Assembly (NCBI GenBank): GCA_024228115.1
Contig: JAAETT010000050.1
Location: 16,750-80,749, forward strand
Length of the DNA: 64,000 nt
Direction: 5' to 3'
DNA from: a bacterium
GTDB taxonomy: Bacteria; Myxococcota_A; UBA9160; UBA6930
Positions 56,935 through 64,000 of this stretch are shown here, in pieces. Made by a program: the position numbers and the translations under genes. The notes beneath the pieces are model-generated. The model was not told the DNA's origin. It was given only the letters and a program-made list of their open reading frames with translations, and searched no databases. Within the stretch, counting starts at the first letter, position 1. Every line of letters starts with the position of its first letter.

Positions 56935-59268
56935 CTAAGAGCCCACGCGCGCGAGCACCTCACCCTCGGCCCCGACGATCCCAGCGGCTGCAGGCTCGCC
57001 GGCACGCACGGACGCGCCCCTACCGGACCGGAACGACCACCCGGTGCGCAGCCCCAGCACGAACCAGGCCAGGCTCGCCACTCCGCTGAGGAAGATCGTA
57101 TCGCCCACGAGCCGCAGCCAGCGCAGGTTCTGGAGCAGCGGCTGCTGCAGGAATTCGGCGCTGCGCGCGTACCAGAGGCCCGTCTCGATGGAGGCCTGGG
57201 TCTGCAGCAACCCAATGGGCAGCAGGGAGAGGCTCACCATGAGGGCGAGCCCGCCGTTCATGCTCCAGAAGGCGAAGGCCAGCGGACCGTCGCGCCACTC
57301 GCCCGCGGGCGCGAGGCGGCGCAACACGACCAGCACCAGACCCAGGGAAAGCAGGCCATAGACGCCGAAGAGGGCGGTGTGTGCGTGAACCGGCGTGGTG
57401 TTGAGGCCCTGCATGTAGTAGAGGGCGATCGGCGGGTTGATGAGGAAGCCGAACACGCCTGCCCCCACGAGGTTCCAGAAGCAGACGCCCACGAAGAAGC
57501 GGATAGGCCAGCGGTAGCGTTCCATCCAGCGGGCGCGGTCCTGCATGCGCAGGGTCTCCAGCGCTTCGAAGCCCACCATTACCAGGGGCACGACCTCGAG
57601 GGCGCTGAAGCAGGCGCCGATGGCCATGATGGAGATGGGAGTGCCGCTGAAGTAGAGGTGGTGGAAGGTGCCGGGGATGCCACCCACCAGGAAGATGCTC
57701 GTGGAGAGCAGCACCGCGCGCGAAGCACTGCGCGCATTGATGAGACCCAGCCGGGAGAAGAGAAACGCGATGGCGGCGGTGGCGAAGACCTCCATGAACC
57801 CCTCGACCCAGAGGTGCACCACCCACCAGCGCCAGTATTCCATCACCGTCAGGTGCGTGCGGGCACCGTAGAAGAAGCCCGCACCGTAGAAGAGGCCGAT
57901 CGCGGCGGCCGAGCCGGCGAAGAGCAGGGTGATCTGGCGATGCTCCGTCCGGCGGGTGAGGGCTGGCCACATCCCACGCAGCATCAGGACCAGCCACAGG
58001 ATGAGCCCCGCGAAGAGGCCGATCTGCCAGACGCGGCCCAACTCCACGTACTCGTAGCCCTGATGGCCGAACCAGAAGCTGAGGTCGAGGGCGAGCCACT
58101 GCTGCACGGCGAGCCACTCGCCCGCCAGCGACCCGCCTATCACGACCACCAGGGCACCGAAGAGAGCATTCACCCCCAGGCGTTGGAAGCGCGGCTCGCG
58201 GCCCCCGATGGCAGGCGCCAGGAACAGGCCCGCGGCCAGGAAGGCCGTGGCGATCCAGAAGAGCGCGGTCTGGAGGTGCCAGGTACGGGTGACGGAGTAG
58301 GGGAGGATCTCGCCCAGGGGAAGGCCGAAGAAATCCTGACCTTCGACGGTGTAGTGCGCGGTGAGGGCGCCGAGCAGCACCTGGACGACGAAGAGCGCGA
58401 TCACCAGGCCGCAGTACTTCGCGACGGCGCGCATCGAGGGCGTGAGTTCGATTCCGTCGAGGGGATCGCGCCGGGGGGCGCGGGGCTCTTCGTCGTCCTT
58501 CCTGCCGCGCACCGCGTGGAAGGCGACCAGTGCGCCGATGCCCGCCAGCAGAACGGCGATGGAGAGCAGCGACCAGAGGAGGTTGGCGCTGGAGGGACGG
58601 TTGCCCACCAGCGGCTCGTGGGGCCAGTTGTTGGTGTAGGTGGTCTCGCTGCCGGGTCGCTGGGTCGTGCAGGCCCAGGAGGTCCAGAAGAAGAAGGCAT
58701 TGAGCTGGCGGAGCGCTGTGGCGCCTTCCACGCTGGTCTCGCGCATTGCGTAGTCTTCGCGCAAACCGTGGAGCGCCGGATCGCCGCCGAAGAGGGCAGT
58801 GTAGTGGAGGCCGGTGTCGGCGATGGCGGCCGCCCGATCCTCGCTGACCACGAGGGTTCCGGTGTCGGGATCGTGGGTGTTGCGGCGCATTTCGCCGCGG
58901 AGGCGGCGCTCGAGGGCCGCGCGATCTTCCCCCGAGATCTCCGCGAGCGGAAGGCCGTGCTCTTGCGCGCTCCAGCGCTCGAGCAGACGCGTCGCCTCGC
59001 GGTGAAGCCAATCCGCGGACCAGTCGGGCGCCTGGTAGGCGCCGTGTCCCCAGATGGAGCCGATCTGCTGGCCGCCGATGCTCTGCCACACCTGCTGCCC
59101 GGTCAGGATGTCGTCGCGGGTCGCGAGCAGGTGCCCCGATTCGGTCACGATCCGCTCGGGGATGGGGGGCGCCTGGCGGTAGACCTCGCGCCCGAAGAAA
59201 CCGAGGATGGAGAAGGTGCCCACCAGCACCAGGGCGAGGGCCGTCCAGAGTCGTCGATCCGTCTTCAT
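56935..59268 (-). CDS. norZ: Quinol-dependent nitric oxide reductase (qNor, single-subunit NorZ/NorB-long), canonical active site
   Basis: Start MKTDRRLW at 59268 (GGAG SD). Contains YTNNWPHEPLVGN, WRWWVVHLWVEGFMEVF, GTFHHLYFSG (HH codons 57658..57663), SALEVVPL, VHAHTALFG and LVGDTIF. No CxxCH. Confidence 0.93.
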   Translation of the reverse strand: MKTDRRLWTALALVLVGTFSILGFFGREVYRQAPPIPERIVTESGHLLATRDDILTGQQVWQSIGGQQIGSIWGHGAYQAPDWSADWLHREATRLLERWSAQEHGLPLAEISGEDRAALERRLRGEMRRNTHDPDTGTLVVSEDRAAAIADTGLHYTALFGGDPALHGLREDYAMRETSVEGATALRQLNAFFFWTSWACTTQRPGSETTYTNNWPHEPLVGNRPSSANLLWSLLSIAVLLAGIGALVAFHAVRGRKDDEEPRAPRRDPLDGIELTPSMRAVAKYCGLVIALFVVQVLLGALTAHYTVEGQDFFGLPLGEILPYSVTRTWHLQTALFWIATAFLAAGLFLAPAIGGREPRFQRLGVNALFGALVVVIGGSLAGEWLAVQQWLALDLSFWFGHQGYEYVELGRVWQIGLFAGLILWLVLMLRGMWPALTRRTEHRQITLLFAGSAAAIGLFYGAGFFYGARTHLTVMEYWRWWVVHLWVEGFMEVFATAAIAFLFSRLGLINARSASRAVLLSTSIFLVGGIPGTFHHLYFSGTPISIMAIGACFSALEVVPLVMVGFEALETLRMQDRARWMERYRWPIRFFVGVCFWNLVGAGVFGFLINPPIALYYMQGLNTTPVHAHTALFGVYGLLSLGLVLVVLRRLAPAGEWRDGPLAFAFWSMNGGLALMVSLSLLPIGLLQTQASIETGLWYARSAEFLQQPLLQNLRWLRLVGDTIFLSGVASLAWFVLGLRTGWSFRSGRGASVRAGEPAAAGIVGAEGEVLARVGS

Positions 59269-59327
59269 GTTCTGAGCTCCGCATCCGTTGTGTGGCTGGC
59301 GCAGAGCGCCCTTCACCGAGCTCTAAA

Positions 59328-59342
59328 GCAAGTCACGGGCCA
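59328..59342 (-). promoter_or_regulatory. sigma54 -24/-12 promoter element reading toward norZ
   Basis: The minus strand reads TGGCCCgtgacTTGCt with exact GG-N10-GC spacing, about 60 nt upstream of the norZ ATG. The adjacent divergent gene encodes a sigma54 activator (NorR). Confidence 0.6.
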
Positions 59343-59368
59343 AGAGAAAACTCTTTAAGATTCAGTAT

Positions 59369-59428
59369 GTTATGACGATAGTTATGATAATGGCAACCTC
59401 TCAAGCGTTATGATATTCATAACTCGTT

Positions 59429-59432
<4 letters not shown>
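59369..59432. promoter_or_regulatory. AT-rich upstream region with 4x GTTATGA heptamers including a 7-3-7 palindrome (candidate NorR UAS)
   Basis: GTTATGA occurs at 59369, 59381, 59407 and 59426. GTTATGAtatTCATAAC spans 59407..59423. The last heptamer contains the norR ATG (59429). Confidence 0.45.
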
Positions 59433-60991
<1,559 letters not shown>

Positions 60992-61108
60992 GCGGCAGCC
61001 ACACGATCGGTACGGTCCGCCTCGGCTACTGCGCGGTGGCCGGGAAGCTCTGATCCCGAGTCTTCGCCCTTCGGCGGTGGGAGTGACCGAAGGGTGTGGC
61101 CTCCCTGG

Positions 61109-62923
<1,815 letters not shown>

Positions 62924-62997
62924 GGTGGTCTCCAATAGAGTGTTACCGGCTAAATATTGTAAGTGACTCACACATAAGAGCCACCTACAATTCGACC

Positions 62998-63642
62998 ATG
63001 GGGCAAGAAACAGCACAGGCGGTTCACTCGCTTCGGGAGCGCAAGAAGGCCAAGACCCGAGCCGCATTGATCGAAGCGTCCCAGCGACTCTTCGCGAGGC
63101 GGGGCTACACCGGAACCACCCTGGGGGACATCTCCGCTGAAGTGGACATCACCACGCAGACGCTGCTGCGCTACTTCGATTCGAAGGCCCAGCTGGCCCT
63201 GGCGCCGCTTACGGCCCACCTCGGGGAAATAGAGCGATTTCTCCTGGACCAGAACCGCTCGGTCGACACGTTGTCTGCGTGGCGTCGCTATCTACAGCTG
63301 GAAGCCGAGGAGGCCACGAACCCATCTGAATCGACGACCGCTACGTATGTCGCAAACCTCCGCGCCTACGACGCATGGGTCGACAAGGATCCCGTGTTGG
63401 TCGCCAGCCTCAGCGGCGTAGAGCGGGAACTCCAGGGGATTCTGGCGACCGCCTTGGCCCGGGATGCCGGGGTCGGATCCGATGACCTGCACTCGACGCT
63501 GGTCGCAGCCCTGCTGGTCGCCGGGCGCAGAGCCATCTGGGACCGCTGGCTCGCGCGCAGCTGCGAGACCGACTCCCTCGTCGAGGACCAGCTGGCCGTG
63601 GTGGACTACGCGGTTGGCAAGAGGCGTTTCCGAAACAATTGA
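62998..63642 (+). CDS. TetR/AcrR family transcriptional regulator
   Basis: HTH block KTRAALIEASQRLFARRGYTGTTLGDISAEVDITTQTLLRYF. Divergent from the BVMO gene. Confidence 0.85.
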   Translation: MGQETAQAVHSLRERKKAKTRAALIEASQRLFARRGYTGTTLGDISAEVDITTQTLLRYFDSKAQLALAPLTAHLGEIERFLLDQNRSVDTLSAWRRYLQLEAEEATNPSESTTATYVANLRAYDAWVDKDPVLVASLSGVERELQGILATALARDAGVGSDDLHSTLVAALLVAGRRAIWDRWLARSCETDSLVEDQLAVVDYAVGKRRFRNN

Positions 63643-63742
63643 CCCGGCTCGGTGCATCCGCCTTGGTGACACTTTATGTCGAAGCCCTGGGTAGTTGGCG
63701 TGGGTCGAGCAAGAGCCGTGGCTGCAGACCAACCTGGAAGCC

Positions 63743-63943
63743 ATGGGAAACAGCCATTCCGAGTACGGTGTCGAAGACCGCGCGTACGACTGGATGGTGG
63801 AGTGCATGCCCGATGCCCTGGAGCAGGTTCCGGGCGCGAAATGGTGCGACGAGTACGAACCGGCCTGGTGCAGCACCCTCGGTCATCTCACCGATGTCAT
63901 GCGAGCCGCTGGAGCCCGGCAGACACGATCACAGCCACGGTAG
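63743..63943 (+). CDS. Possible small acidic hypothetical protein
   Basis: GC3-rich ORF (MGNSHSEYGVEDRAYDWMVECMPDALEQ...). No recognisable family. The ORF-track start at 63695 is a TTG. Confidence 0.3.
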   Translation: MGNSHSEYGVEDRAYDWMVECMPDALEQVPGAKWCDEYEPAWCSTLGHLTDVMRAAGARQTRSQPR

Positions 63944-64000
63944 CGTCGCTCAGAGGGAAGTGAGGCGGCCGTAGACGGTCGTGAGGGCTCGAGGAAGGTG

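Noticed and set aside
57020-59358. 754-aa same-strand alternative-frame ORF and 659-aa antisense ORF overlapping norZ
   Set aside because: Only the 56935..59268 frame yields the conserved qNor motifs (HLWVEG, FHHLYF, VHAH). The others are frame artefacts of GC-rich sequence.
59391-59405. TGGCAAcctctcaAGC as a sigma54 promoter for norR
   Set aside because: There is no TTGC-type -12 element at the correct spacing.
61067-61094. Hairpin CCCTTCGG-N12-CCGAAGGG between the convergent norR and BVMO genes as a bidirectional terminator. A similar case is GACCCGtcgtCGGGTC at 37375..37390, between the CHASE kinase and nirK.
   Set aside because: No U-tract follows the stems, and the first has a large loop. 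They are plausible structures but not supportable as intrinsic terminators from sequence alone.

Overview
This is a high-GC, densely coding bacterial chromosomal window. I saw no rRNA, tRNA, CRISPR array, transposase or integrase. All family calls rest on motif reading of the supplied ORF translations plus my own start-codon and overlap checks on the DNA; no database search was possible.

Layout:
- (i) 1-12.6 kb, nitrate/nitrite respiration. The tail of a cd1-like gene and a c-type cytochrome lie on the + strand. They converge on an 11-gene minus-strand string: nirS, two tetrahaem cytochromes c, an NrfC-like FeS protein, an NrfD-like quinol-site membrane protein, a periplasmic WD40 protein, then napD-napA-napG-napH-napB. 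Several junctions have overlapping stop/start codons.
- (ii) 12.7-22.7 kb, acyl-CoA/lipid catabolism: two acyl-CoA dehydrogenases, a luciferase-like oxidoreductase, TetR, an acyl-CoA ligase, a thiolase, a nitroreductase and a Zn-ADH.
- (iii) 22.9-27.3 kb, a MacAB-like exporter.
- (iv) 27.4-37.3 kb, mixed: hotdog thioesterases, an OYE flavoenzyme, an epoxide-hydrolase-like protein and two hybrid histidine kinases.
- (v) 37.5-45.1 kb: lipoprotein-sco1-nirK, an Rrf2 (NsrR-like) regulator, an atypical qNor-family gene and hemA.
- (vi) 45.1-56.6 kb: a TetR-controlled ferredoxin plus di-iron protein, then an NO-stress-type cluster (hemerythrin, DUF2249-like, polytopic membrane protein, CcsA-like, Cys-rich LuxR regulator, rhomboid, CoxIII/NorE-like, Coq4-like, ferredoxin).
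- (vii) 56.9-61.0 kb: a canonical qNor divergent from norR, with a sigma54 -24/-12 element and heptamer repeats between them.
- (viii) A Baeyer-Villiger monooxygenase plus TetR.

Most notable observations:
- The qNor paralogue at 41088..43403 differs from the canonical copy in the same window at the substitutions I recall as diagnostic for putative NO dismutases (Nod): FeB His-His to His-Asn, active-site Glu to Gln, and loss of a C-terminal Asp.
- It sits among O2-dependent oxygenase genes.
- nirS and nirK both occur in the window.
- An NrfBCD-like quinol dehydrogenase module is wedged between nirS and nap.
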